In this document: piece by piece, positions 22,913-35,100 of the stretch
How the letters are laid out: each line of letters opens with the position of its first letter
Position numbering within the stretch: the first letter of the stretch is position 1
Source: Zootoca vivipara
Taxonomy: Eukaryota
DNA length: 64,000 nt
Assembly: GCF_963506605.1 (NCBI RefSeq)
Contig: NC_083289.1
Span: 28,148,001-28,212,000 of the forward strand
Reading direction: 5' to 3'
Program-made: the position numbers and the translations under genes
Notes under the pieces: generated by a model
What the model saw: the letters and a program-made list of their open reading frames with translations, nothing else
Database searches by the model: none
What the model was told of the DNA's origin: nothing

Positions 22913-24538
22913 TCAGCCCAAGAAGCGCAGGCCAGCCATCCCTGAGAAACCCAGCAGCACAGCAAGGACTTTGAGCAGGCGCCTGGCAGGATCGTTCAGC
23001 TCCTGAGGCAAGATTTCCAGGAAGGTGATGTACATGAAGGTCCCGGCGGCCACGCCTTCCAGCACACTCCGGGTCATGGTGGGACTGCCGCCTGCATCAG
23101 GGTTCTGCATCACAGCCATGCCCAGCCCGACACCCAGAGGGGACATCAACGCAAAGGTGATGATGGAGGCTGCCAGCCAGCGCAGGGGGAGGCGGCTCTG
23201 GAGCAGCAGCAGGGCCAAGCTGGCAGCGATGATGGTCTTGTGGAGGAGAATGGCCACAGCCAGCTGGAGGACCTTTGATTCTGTGTCCTGCAGGCCCACC
23301 GCCAGGCCCTCAAACACTGAGTGGAAGGAGAGCGAGAGGGTCAGCACCAGGGAGCGGAAGGACGAGGGTGCTTTGGTGTCCCCCATGTGGCAGTGGGGGG
23401 TCCCCGCCTCCAAGCGCTGCTGCTGTTGCTGCTCAGCCAGGCTGCCTTCTTCGGAGTGTGAAGGAGAGGGGCAAGGCAAGAGGGGCAGGGAGGCCTCATC
23501 CCCCTGCCGCTCGCTACAGGCCAGGATGATGTGCTCTAGGACCAGGACCAACAGGAAGCCCAGCGCCAGGACCAGTTCGGGCACCGGGAAGTCCAGCTGT
23601 GGGGCAGGGAAGAAAAGGGAGGCACCATCAGGTTAGTAGAGAAACTGTTCCCCCGAGGCCCCGACTCCCACCTAAGGGCATCTCCCCTGGAGCCAGGAGG
23701 GCCAAACCACCAAAGGAGCTCCAGAGCCTCTGGGCTCCTGATAATTCTTCCCCAGGGCTGCAACAATCCCTATCTTGGGAATTAAACAGGTTTCAGTAAA
23801 AGGAAGGCTTGGCTATTGCTTTCAGAAGGTTACAGTGCAGCCCTGGTGTGCTTAATATGGAGGGAAGGTCAGCAGCCCATTTGAAGATCTCCTAACCTTT
23901 CCCACAGGGCAAAGGGCAAATCTGAAAGCAACTCAGGCCTTTGTCCAGTCAACATCTCCCGGCCTCTTCCCTCCTCCTCCGAGCACAGGAGCGTGTGAGT
24001 CAGCTCAGCCCCATCACATGCTGTCTCGCAAAAGCTGGGCGGGCAGGGCCAGCGGGACTCCGGCGTCCAGCAGCGCCAGCAAGATGTTCGCTGGAGCCCC
24101 CCTCCCCACTTTTTGTTCGGGGGCTGCAGCCCGTGATGCGTCTCCAACCCTCCGGGCCCGGTCACAGTGTCCTGATCCCCCGCCCTTCACCACTCGGTAC
24201 CGGGGGGATCTGTTGGCTCAGGTCCTCGCGCAGGTCGGCCAGCGAGTCCGGCACGATGTCCAGCAGGCAAGCGGACAGGAAGACGCCACCGGCTGCGCAG
24301 CTCAGGACGCCCCGCCAGCGCGCAAAGAAGCCTGCAGAGGGAGAAAGAAAAGCGGGCGCTGAGAGGGAGAGGAGCCGGGCCGCGACCCCCTCCCAGCTCT
24401 GCCCTGCTCTCGCCCTCACTCACCGGTCCCGGCAGCTCCCCGGAGGCTGAGAAGGACGGCAGGCAGGAGGCCGCAGAGAAGCGGCAGTACCGCCAACCCC
24501 AGCAGGCAGCCCAGCTTCAGAACCTGCAGCGAGCCCAT
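22913..24538 (-). CDS. ZIP (SLC39A) subfamily II zinc transporter, ZIP1-like, 309 aa
   Basis: Exons 24424-24538 (gccATGG Kozak; MGSLQVLKLGCLLGL...), 24201-24331 (SCAAGGVFLSACLLDIVPD) and 22913-23596 (LDFPVPELVLALGF...HSVFEGLAVGLQ...LLHK...EGVAAGTFMYITFLEILPQEL...LRFLG*) total 930 nt and are open. HSVFEG in TM4 and HK in TM5 mark the ZIP1/2/3 subfamily. Exact orthology is unresolved, so no symbol is given. Confidence 0.93.
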
Positions 24539-24830
24539 GGCGCAGCCTGGACCACGCGCCCCGCCCCGCCTGCGCCGAGGGGCATTTAAACCTTCGCGCC
24601 ACGTGACGGGTACCGCCCATTGGAGGGCGCCGATTGGCCAGCTGCCGCCTCAGGGGCGGGGCTCGCGCCCACGTGCACCAGGGTAAGGCTGGGAGCGTGG
24701 CTGCGGGCTCACTTCTCAGCGGCTTTATCTCCACCCGAGGGGGAAATTATGACTGGGGAGGGAACCGCCCGTGGACTTTGACCCCGAGAGCAGAGGCTCT
24801 CCTCTGGCCCCTTGGCACCCGCTGGCCAGG
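24040..24830. promoter_or_regulatory. CpG island / ZIP gene promoter
   Basis: CpG-dense. TATA-like TTTAAAT on the - strand about 50 nt upstream of the ATG, two CCAAT boxes (24619-24623, 24633-24637), GC boxes and two CACGTG E-boxes. Confidence 0.7.
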
Positions 24831-25768
24831 ACTATGGACAAGAGCAGTAGCTGCGGAGGAGGGCGGAGGCAAGGGGGCGTCATTTGGTTCTGTAGCCTCT
24901 GCTACTAGAGGCCCCCATGGAAGGGAGCCCGCAGGCAGGGCCAGAACAGCCCCCTCCCCTCCTGCCCTTGCTGGCCAGGCCATCTAAGAGCATAAGGAGA
25001 GCCTGGTGGATCAGACCCGTGGACCATCTAGTCAGCATTCATTCTGTCCTCACAGTGGCTGACTAGATTCCCCCAATGGGAAAACGGCAAGCAGGATCCT
25101 AGCACCCGAGCAAATCTCCCCTCCTGCAGTTTCCAGCAGTTTCTGCCTTCAGCTATGGAGGCAGAGTGTAGCGAGCCATCAATCACCGTGAGTTTATCTA
25201 ATGTTCCTTGAAAGCCAGCCAAGTTGGTATCCATCACTGCCACTCCTATCGGAGTGAATTCCACAGCTGTGTGAAGAAGGACTTCCTTTGTCTTGAATCT
25301 TCCATGTGCTTCCTTGGGGGTTGGTGAGAGTTGCCTTGAGCTGAGTCAATTTGACCTTTAAGCCCAGCCTTGACTGCTGGCAAGGCCAAAGAGCCTCTTC
25401 CAGAGTGTGCAATGGACTGCAGCATGAGTCATGGAAGGCTCTCAGAAAATCTGACTGGGTGGGCTGTAGGGCCATTGGAAGCTTCAGTGCAAGGCGGTGG
25501 CGGTGTGGCCACGTGACTTTGGAACCCTCAGAAGTAGATGACGGCTGTTTGGCTATCTGTTCTGCTTGGGTGTGGACTCCATTTAGAGAAGGGAGTTCTT
25601 AATGCATCCTATGGCACTTCTTTTCCAGAAGAGAGGTCTGCCAGGCCTACTTTGTGGGAGCCTTTGTGGTGATGGTGAAAACTTCCCCTTTTGTACACTG
25701 GAATTTACTCTGTTGCATCTATTAGTTTTTAGACTTTAGACACAACCCTACTGACAGTTTGTGAACTA

Positions 25769-25998
25769 CAGTGGTACCTCAGGTTACAAACACTTCAGGT
25801 TACAAATGCTTCAGGTAACAGACTTAGCTAACCCAGAAATAGTACCTCGGGTTAAGAACTTTGCTTCAGGATGAGAACAGAAATTGAGCGTCATCGCGGC
25901 AGCGGGAGGCCCCATTAGCTAAAGTGGTGCTTAAGAACAGTTTCATGTTAAGAACGGACCTCCGGAACGAATTAAGTTCTTAACCAGAGTTACCACTG
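25769..25998. mobile_element. Tc1/mariner (Tigger-like) MITE
   Basis: TA|CAGTGGTACCTC...GAGTTACCACTG|TA. Confidence 0.8.
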
Positions 25999-26527
25999 TA
26001 CAGCAAAGGCACCTCTGTGTTAGTGCAACTTAAGATACATCTCTACCGCTTCATACAGAGACAGGAAACTTGTGGCCCTGCAGATGTTGCTAGACTCCAG
26101 CTCCCATCACCCCTGATCATTGGACATTCTAGCTTGAGCTGTTGGGAGTTAAACTGGAGGGTCTCAGGTGTCCCAAACAAGCTATGCCACTACAATGCTA
26201 CAGTGCAACTCTGCTGATACAAAATCCTATGCCACTTAAATCTCCATTCAGGTTTCCCACATCAAAGTAGGTGGCATATGTTAAAAGGCACCCGTTGAGC
26301 AGAGTGGTGTATCAGTCTGGAGTTGGAGTCAGAGATCCTTTCCTATTTGTGCAGCAGAGTAGCTGCCATCTTCAACCTCCTAGAGCTGCCCCTTCAGCTC
26401 CAAAGGGGAGCTTCTCAGCCACTGTGTGCTCCAAAGTCAAGGGCAGAGGAACACTGAAAATACATGTCAGACTTCCATTTCAAGAGAACAAGTTGTAAGT
26501 TCTGTTATGTACAAAGGAACTTCACAG

Positions 26528-26902
26528 GTTGTTGTTGTTGTTTAGTCGTTTAGTCGTGTCCGACTCTTCGTGACCCCATGGACCAGAGCACGCCAGGCAC
26601 TCCTGTCTTGCACTGCCTCCCGCAGTTTGGTCAAACTCATGTTCGTAGCTTCGAGAACACTGTCCAACCATCTTGTCCTCTGTCGTCCCCTTCTCCTAGT
26701 GCCCTCAATCTTTCCCAACATCAGGGTCTTTTCCAAGGATTCTTCTCTTCTCATGAGGTGGCCAAAGTATTGGAGCCTCAGCTTCACGATCTGTCCTTCC
26801 AGGGAGCACTCAGGGCTGATTTCCTTAAGAATGGATAGGTTTGATCTTCTTGCAGTCCATGGGACTCTCAAGAGTCTCCTCCAGCACCATAATTCAAAAG
26901 CA
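26528..26902 (-). mobile_element. BovB (RTE clade) LINE 3' end
   Basis: Intact terminal ORF peptide AFELWCWRRLLRVPWTARRSNLSILKEISPECSLEGQ...LMLGKIEG.RRRGRQRTRWLD...VHGVTKSRTRLND, followed by a (CAA)n tail. Confidence 0.92.
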
Positions 26903-27830
26903 CCATAAGGTAGCACAGGTAGCACAACTTAAAACACACCAAAGGAATGTATTGAAATACTTCAAGGCATTTGCCCATGTACGTGCACAGAAAACAGTAG
27001 ATTTATCTGGGAAGCAACACAAGGAAATCTGCACTGGTTGTTCTAATTCCTCATTATTGCATACTCATAGGATTATTTTCTAATCTTAGAAGGGGCATGA
27101 CTGTCATGATCATGAAGGGACCCTGCACTTCTGAAATTGGCACCCCACACTGATTGAACACAACAGAAAGTAAACACAACTAAGTACTGGACCCACCTCT
27201 CCCCACTCCATGCCCAGGCCATCACAATAGACAAACTCTGCATCCAATCACAGGGCACCAACTGTGTTATATAACCCCCCCTCCAGCCCACTACTCAGAG
27301 GGCAGGGCATGTGGCAATCACCTGAGTCAGTTTTTAAGATCATCTGAAGAGACCTGCTGGCTGCTCTTTGAGGGGCATATTGCTGACACCATGGAAACAG
27401 GCTTTCTCCATGATAACCCCCACTGCCCAGGCAACTCGTGAGGTGGAGAATTGGAGACAGCAATGACCCTTAAATGCTTCTTAAAAACATGTATGTTTAC
27501 TCGTTTTCCCAGATTCCAACTCTTCAAATTCTTTGCCTTGCACACTGATTGGTTTTGTAGAATACATATTTTTTTCCTGGGTTTTTAAGGACTCTCTTTG
27601 AATGCTGTAGTTTGTATTTTTATGGTTTTCAAATGTAAGCTGCTTAGATTTGTCCTACTAAGCAGTATACAATATTTATAACATAAATAATGGAGATGGG
27701 GTATTTTTTTTCCAGAAAGTGGCACACTTTACCCAAGGTGCTTGAGGGCATTGCTGATTTGGATTCCTGGCATTTGGAGCAGCTTCCTCTAAAGCTAGGC
27801 AGAGTAGAAAGGGTGGGCATGTCCTTAGGG

Positions 27831-27966
27831 GCATGGACATAACCAGGATTTATGTTGCGGGGGCAGGCTTCATTGGGGGGGGGGAGCGAATCTCAGTTAA
27901 GTATTTTTATTGATGTACTTAATTTAGGGGGCCATCTTACCCCTGCCCCCCTTGGTTATGCCCATG
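27831..27966. mobile_element. Short hAT-type MITE
   Basis: TIRs CATGGACATAACCA / TGGTTATGCCCATG, similar to the ends of the element at 50935-51312. Confidence 0.6.
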
Positions 27967-28159
27967 CTCAAGGGGTCTGGGACTTTCTACAGAGCTGAGC
28001 TGCCTTCCAAAGGGGATTCCCAAGGGGCTGGAACTAGCACTGGTCTCTGGGATGACTGGCCTTTGGCTGACTCTGAATCAGCACAGGGCCTTGGAGCTCA
28101 GGAGGCAGAAATTCCAGCTTCTTCCCCTTTCTCTAGATCACAGGCAACTTTGCCTGTCT

Positions 28160-28203
28160 CCCTCCTCCTCCTCCTCCTCCTCCTCCTCCTCCTCCTCCTC
28201 CTC
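28160..28203. repeat. (CTC)n microsatellite
   Basis: Direct reading. Confidence 0.95.
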
Positions 28204-29174
28204 AAGTGACAGGCCCCATACTGCTTGCATACCCAAGGCATCAATAATGGATCAAGCCCCCATTGTTCCCCTTGATGTGTCAGGATGGTGGGACCAGCCT
28301 CAGGTTACCAGGGAGGGAGAGAGAGGGCAGGGTAGCTGCACCTGGCAAGCTAAACAGGCACATTGGTTTCGTGGAGCTCCTTCTGTGTGATGTTTGGGCT
28401 TCCTGTGGGGCTTCTGTGCACCAGAAGGTTCGGGTCACCTCCCATAGACCACTAGAGACAGCAGAAGCCTGGGCTCACACTTGTGGGCATGAAGCATCCT
28501 ATAGCTCTGATCTCGCAGCCTGGCACCCTTGAACCATCCCGATTCCCACTGTTACTTTCTGAGTTGATCAAAGAGAGTGCCCCAGTGGCCTCTAGGCCTC
28601 CTCTTCTTGAAGGACTCCATAGTTTGCCATAGCATGGAAGGGGGGCAGAGTGCTGCCCAAGAAGTAGAAAGAGATATCTGAGGAAGCAGATCCAGGGGCT
28701 GGGGCAGCTTGTATGCCAGAGCAGACAGACAGCATTCTGCCCTCTTATGGTGCAAGATGGTGCATCCCCTCTCCCCAATTCCACATGGAGTAGCTGATCA
28801 GGTTGGCCGACGGGTCTCATTCCCAGCCAGGCAATGGGATTGCAGAGCCTTCTTGTCTGCAGGGCAGCTTTGTGGATACAGGGCAGATGGCAGGGCTCCA
28901 TCCCCCACAATGGGCAACTTCCCTCTAGGGTCTAAGGGTAGGGAGGCCTAGCTCCTTGCCAGCCTGTAGGGGTTTTGTTGCCCCCATGGCCGGACCCTGC
29001 ATGTCAGGCTGGGCTCCTTTCCTTCCTGGATGTAACTAATGCTCTGGATGGCAGAAAGGGATCGGCTCTGCAGGACCAGCACCACATCTCCGGTGTCAGC
29101 TCCTGTTTCAAGCCTCTCGGAGCAGCCGCCTTTTCCCTGGGCCCAGCCGCTGTGCACATGGGATGGGTGCCAAC

Positions 29175-32100
29175 ATGGCCCCTTTCTTCTGGGGCCTCTG
29201 GGGGCTCTTCTTGCTGACGCATCCTCTGCCAGGTACAGGGGCGTAGTAGCAGGGAGGGGAGTCAAGGGTCTGTGTGTGGGCATGCAAGTGGCCTCCTGCA
29301 TTTGTCTGTGGCCAGTGACCCCTGTCCCCTTTCTCCCAGCAGGGGCAGCGGGGGAGCCGAGCAGGAACCTGCGACAGGGTTTGGCAGGGCTATTGACACC
29401 TCCCGGAGAGCAGCGCCAAGGGGGCTCTGTTTCTCCCGGGCCCAGCCCAGGCTCGGCACATCAGCAGCACATGCACCGCTTAGTGCATCCCCTTCTCCTC
29501 AGCCTGGAGTCCCTGTGGGGCAGGCATCCTCCCTCTCCCCAGGCCCGGAGCCCTGAATCCTGCCTGTCCAGCTTCCTCCACAACATCTCTCTGTACCTCC
29601 AGGGCGAGGAGGAGCAGGAAGCCCCGGAGTCCTGGGAGAGCCTCCTGCTGCCACTGCTGCTGCCACCACCTCAGGCCGAGAAGCTGCTCTCACCAGCATC
29701 CTCTGGACACCGGCTCCTCCAAGACATCCTCTTTTCCTGGCGGCGAGGCAGCCGGCATTGGGATGGGTGGCTGAGCTTTACCCAGGACTTGCTGAGCCTC
29801 CTCCTCAGTTGGGCCCAAGACCCCCCACAGCACCTCCATGGGCAGCAGGGCTGGGAGGTTCTCAGCAACCTGATGGAAGCCCTGGGCCAGGCTGTCCTCT
29901 CTGGGTTGCTTGGCTCACAGGGGTCCCTTTGCCCCCCAACAGGGCAGAGTGGGTGCCAAGCGAATGCCAGTTGGCTGGGGCAACTACTGCGGCTCTTTGA
30001 GGGCACTGGCTGGACAGCCTTCCTGCACATTCGCCCAGCAGGCTTCGCCCCCACCGATGGCCAGCAGAAGCCCTTTGGCCTGGTCCCCGCGACCCCCCGA
30101 GAGCTGCCCCCTGGCAACCGCAGTGCCCCCAGCCTCTCAAAAACCCTCTACCGGACAGAGCAGCCAGGCACGGGCGGGAAAGTGCAGGAACCGGCAGGAG
30201 GCTCTGAGGGCAACATCTTGTGGGAGGCGCTGGAGGAGCTGAGGCAGAGACTGTGGCAAAGGGCAGGCCCAACCCTCGTCACCAGCTTCCGAAGGAGGGT
30301 CTTGCATGTGACGGGCCTGCTGGCAGCTGAGGCTTCAGAGGCAGTGGGGGTCCCCCAGCCTGACCCAGATGGGAAGTGCTCCGTAGGTAGGTGGGTGGGT
30401 GAATGAATGGGGCTGCAAGCCATGGCAGGGAGGGCACAAGGAGAGGGAGAGATGGGCCAGGCCTCCTCGGGGGCCGCAACCCTAACCATCCTCTTCTCTG
30501 TCCCTAGGAAGTCTGCAGCAGCTGCTGCTGTGGTAAGTGGTTGTGGGGACAGCTTCTGGAGGGGGAGAGTGTTGCTTTTGTGTTCGAGTCCTGCTTACTG
30601 GTTTCCCACAGGCATTGGTTGGCCATTGTGAGAACAGGATGTTGGATCTTTGTCCTGTTGCAACAGGGCCTTCTTAAATGTCCTGGAAGGGGGTGACCAG
30701 CCTCCTTTCCCTGGACTAGGTGGTGGTGATGCTGTTCTTGTTGCCACTCTTGGGCTGAGTTTCGTCGTTCCTTGGGCAAAGGGTGGCAAGGCCATGGGGT
30801 ATGACATGGCATGGAGTGACATTCAGAAGGGGTGGTAGTGCTGTCAGGGCAGTGATCTGAGCAGAGGGCCATTTGTGGCAGGACCCTGGGGGCATGGTGG
30901 CTGCTGGCTTGCCCTGCTGGTGATCTCTGGCACGGCACTCTGAATCACCTTGTGCCTGGTAAGTGGTGGACCCTCCTCTTCTCTACTGTTCGCAGGGGAA
31001 TCAGACACAACATCAGCTGGGACACCCTGCGTGTGGACTTGGCCTCCAAGGCCTCCTTCCCATGGCCTCCTGTGGTGCCCAGTTGCTTGCTGCCTGCTGG
31101 GGAAGGGCACAGGGTGAGCGAGACCCTCCCTCCAGCCCCCCGGAGAGCATTTCCTGATCCCCCCTCCCAGGCAGAAGTCCTGGAGGCCGCCTGCAACGAG
31201 AGCATCCCCGGCTTGCCAGGAATCTCCAACTTCACCATCTACTTGTATTGCACCCTCTTCAATGGTTCCAAAGAGCCCCACCGGCCCCCACCAGACCTGG
31301 AGGCCTTGTGTTCCAGCACCACCTGGTACTTCTCCTCCATCGAGGGCGACCCGGTCTGGATACGAGCCTGCAAGGAGTACTTCCCCCAGCAGTTCAACAG
31401 CACAGTGTGTAGCAATGCCTCTGTCCTCTTGCACCTTGGGCCCCACCAGGAGCTTGTGGAGGAGCTCTGTGCCAACCTCTCCATGCCCTTCCAGCCCAGC
31501 CGTTGCTCAGAGGCTCTGAACAGGCCTCTGCTCGGCCGGGAGGACTTCTGGACCTGCCTCTCCCTGGAGAGCCAGACACTCTGGACCCAAAACCTCTGCA
31601 GCAGCAGCAGCCTGCGGGAAGTCTCTGATGCCACCAGGCAGTGGATGGGCACCCTCTGCCACAGCCCGCTGGCCCAAGGGGCTGGGCTGAATACCTCTCT
31701 GCGCCAGAGCATGGAAGTACCAGCTTGTGGTGCTAGGGCCTGGAGCCCTCAAGCGCTGCACAACACCAGCTTCCTAGCTCAGTGTGGAGACGCCCACCTG
31801 CAGAGCTTCCAGGAGCTTGTGTGCAGCAATGAGTCCCTACTGGAAGCCCTGCAGCTGGCCCACCCCTGGGTGCTGGTTCACTGCTTGGCTGTTGAGCAGG
31901 ACAGGAGCTGCTCCCTCCCGTGGCTCCCAGGGGTGCTGCCATTGCCCCCACAGCTCTGCCAGGATGCGCCGGCCTTCCTGATGGCACTGGTATCCCAGTT
32001 AGCCCGGTGCAAAGAGCCCTCCCACTCCTCTTCCCAGTGGGCTCCCAGTGCCGGCTACCTGCTGCGGCTGCTGGACTTCCTGCTGGCTTCTCCTGCCCTT

Positions 32101-35100
32101 GGCGAAGTGGGGCAAGAGGGAGCCAGGCAGCAGCTGGGCCAGGCTCTCCTGCTCTCCAGCCTCCTGGGCAACAGCTCCTTTGGGACTTCTCTCCAAGCCA
32201 ACTTCTCCCTGAGCATCCTGGAGGATGTGAGCCAGTTCCTGCAAGAAGGCGAGCTGGATCCGGCCACCAAAGAAGACCTGCTTAACTGCTTTGGGGTGGG
32301 TGATGCTCTGGGGACAGGAGGACGGTTGGGGAGGCTACTGTCCATAACCACATGGGGAATGCCTGATAGGAATGTGTCCCCTCCCTAGGAATGCTAAGAA
32401 GGGGGTCTGCCCTCTGGGCTGCATGAATGGATTTAGACATGAAGAGAGGATATTTTCATTCATTGCTCATGTGAGTCAGATCATGGGTTCAGTCCCTTCC
32501 TCTTCCAGGAAAGTTTCACAGAATTGTAAAAAATCTGAAGGGTCATCTAGTCCAACCCGCTGAAAAATCATCAAGAAATACTAAAATGTACTTATTTTTC
32601 CCCACCGAGGGAACATTTAGTCAGTGGACCACATACAATCACTCCAAACTATATCAAGCACTCTGCTCCTTCTCTGCTCAGCATACAATGGAAAATAAGG
32701 TTTAACACTTTTCTCCATGGTGCATCTTACACACTTATAGCCACCTGTCTCACTCTCACCTACCAACCTAGATGGCTTTCAAAGAGCATTAGACCAATTC
32801 GTGGGAGGAGAGGCCTGTCGATGGCTACTAGCCATGAGGACTAAGGCAATAATGCTTTTGAATCCCAGTTTCTGGAAACTGCAGGAGGAGAGAGGGCTCT
32901 TGTGCTCAGGTCCAGCTTGTGAGAACAGGATGCTAACCTAGAGAAACCCCTTTTGGCCTGATCCAGCAGGCTCTTCTTCTCTCTCCTCCTTGCAGCCTTT
33001 GCTCTGGAATCTCCTGGAGAGGGAGGAGAACATCTCAGCCCTGGAGTTCTTCATACAGGTACCTTCCTTCCATTCCAGTCTCCAGTCCTGTTGGTCCTAA
33101 AGCCACTTCCTTTGCCCAATACTGGTCCCTGGAGCAAAGCTGCACCTCTCCTCCTTCTCTTCCTCCTCCAACCCCAAGGCTGACCTCTCCCCCTTTCCCC
33201 TCCTTCCTGGCCAAGGCGCCTCCCTTGTGGCAGCTCCAGTGAGGCAGGGAAGGGAGTGGCACTTTTGTTGCTGCCTTGCCTCCTCCTCTCCCTCCCACTT
33301 TTCCAGGAATACCTGCAGATGCCCCATAAGGTTGTCCAGAGGCTGCTGTGGTCAGTGGAAGGTGAGACCACCCAGAGGTTCCTGGCCCTGCTGCACCGCT
33401 CTTGGGATCACCTGCAGATGAAGGTAGGTCTGTGGCAGAAGGGCTGGACTTGATTAGGGGTGCAGCACCTGTGAAGCCTTGACATGCCCACCAGGCTCCA
33501 CATGGAAAGGGGGGTATTTGTTTAATGTAGGTGTTGGTTGGCAGCTCCAGACCTCAGCGCCTTGTGAAACCCTCCAAGGGAACTCCCTTTCCCTCTGCTC
33601 AGGGCTGGCTCTAGGCCCGCCCCCGGTGGCGCCGCTGTGCCCGCTGAGAGGCGCAGCTGAGGCTGCCCCAGGCGTGCCCCTGCTGTTCAGTGGCTTCAGG
33701 CTGCTCTCCGGAGGCGCGCGGGCCTGGGGCCGCCTCCGCCGCGCGCAGGGGCGTTGCAACAGCCCTACAACAGGCTGGGTGGCGCAGTGTAGCTGCGCCC
33801 GCCAGCCACGCTGGGAAACGGGGTGGGGCGCCGGAGGGATCCGTCGTGCCAGGGCGCCGGGCATGGTTAAGACGGCCCTGCCTCTGCTTCCCTCCACCAG
33901 GTACCTCTGTGGGATGAGCGGGCAGTGGAGTCACTGGCTGCCCAGCTCCTGAGCAAGTTCCCTCAGCTGACCCCACAACTCTTCCTCCACCTCTCTCACT
34001 TTGTCCCTTTCATGGCTGCCTCGGACATCCTGCGCTTGCCATCCGCCCTGCTGGCCAACGATAGCGTGTGAGTGGCCCCCCCAAGCGCCTGCATGGCTTG
34101 GCCCAAGCCTTCCTGGGGCGTCTTTCCCCAAACCTCCTCCAGAGCCATCAGGCCCTCCCTGCCCAGTTGAACCCCTAGTGAGTTTAGCCCCAGGTCCTAA
34201 TGAAGGTGGGTTTAGTCCCCAACTCCACTTTCAATCTTGTGGCAGGAACCTTCAGGAAAGATGGTGCTCGAGCATTTATTTATTAAATTTGTCAGTCGCT
34301 TTATCATGTCCAGGGTAACCCAAAGTGACTTACAACCAATCAAATAGACAATAAATCCCACATAGATACATTAAAACCAAGAGGAAGGAGAAATATATTA
34401 GAAACATCCCACATGCTTCTAAAAGGTCACAGAGAGCTCAAGGCCAAATGCCTGGCTATAGAGGAAAGTTTTTGCCTGGTGCCTAAAGATAAATAATGAT
34501 GGTGAGCCTTCCTGGGGAGAGCATTCCACAAACAGGGAGACACTGCAGGAAAGGCCTGTTCTCATGTTGCTACCCTCTGGACCTCTTGTGTGGTCAGAAT
34601 AGAATGTCCTTTCTGTCACTTCTGAGTAGCCATAACCAGCCCCTCTTACTGCAGGGAGGGTCTGGGCCCTCTCATTTCACCTGAAGCACTCCTTATGTTG
34701 GTCTTCCTAGGCTGTGCCCATCCCCCTGGCCTCATGCGTGGCATTGGCCAGGTAGTCCTTCACTCAGCATGCGGTCTGTGTGCCTGTAGTTTTCTCAGGT
34801 GAGGGGTGGGGGAACTTCTCTTGCTAACATAGCCTCTTTCTTCCCCTCTCCGACCCTCAGCTTGGCCATCATTAGCAGCCAAAGTGCCCGGATGACGCTG
34901 GCACAAAAGCGAGCCCTAGTGCAGCGCCTCCTGCAGGCCGAGCACCTCCTGGGTGAAGTCCCTTCCTGGCCCCCGGAGTTCCTTCACAGCCTCCAGCCTC
35001 TCCTTCCTCACCTTCCGCTTGGCCATTTCCTTCAGCTAACACAGCAGCAGGTGGGACCAGGGTGCAGAGGCTGAGAGCAGCCCGGGTGTGTGTGTGTCCT

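Noticed and set aside
29039-29339. 5' part of the 455-aa ORF as the STRC N-terminus
   Set aside because: It has no signal peptide. The ATG at 29175 in another frame has a good Kozak context, a signal-like peptide and a phase-1 donor matching exon 2.
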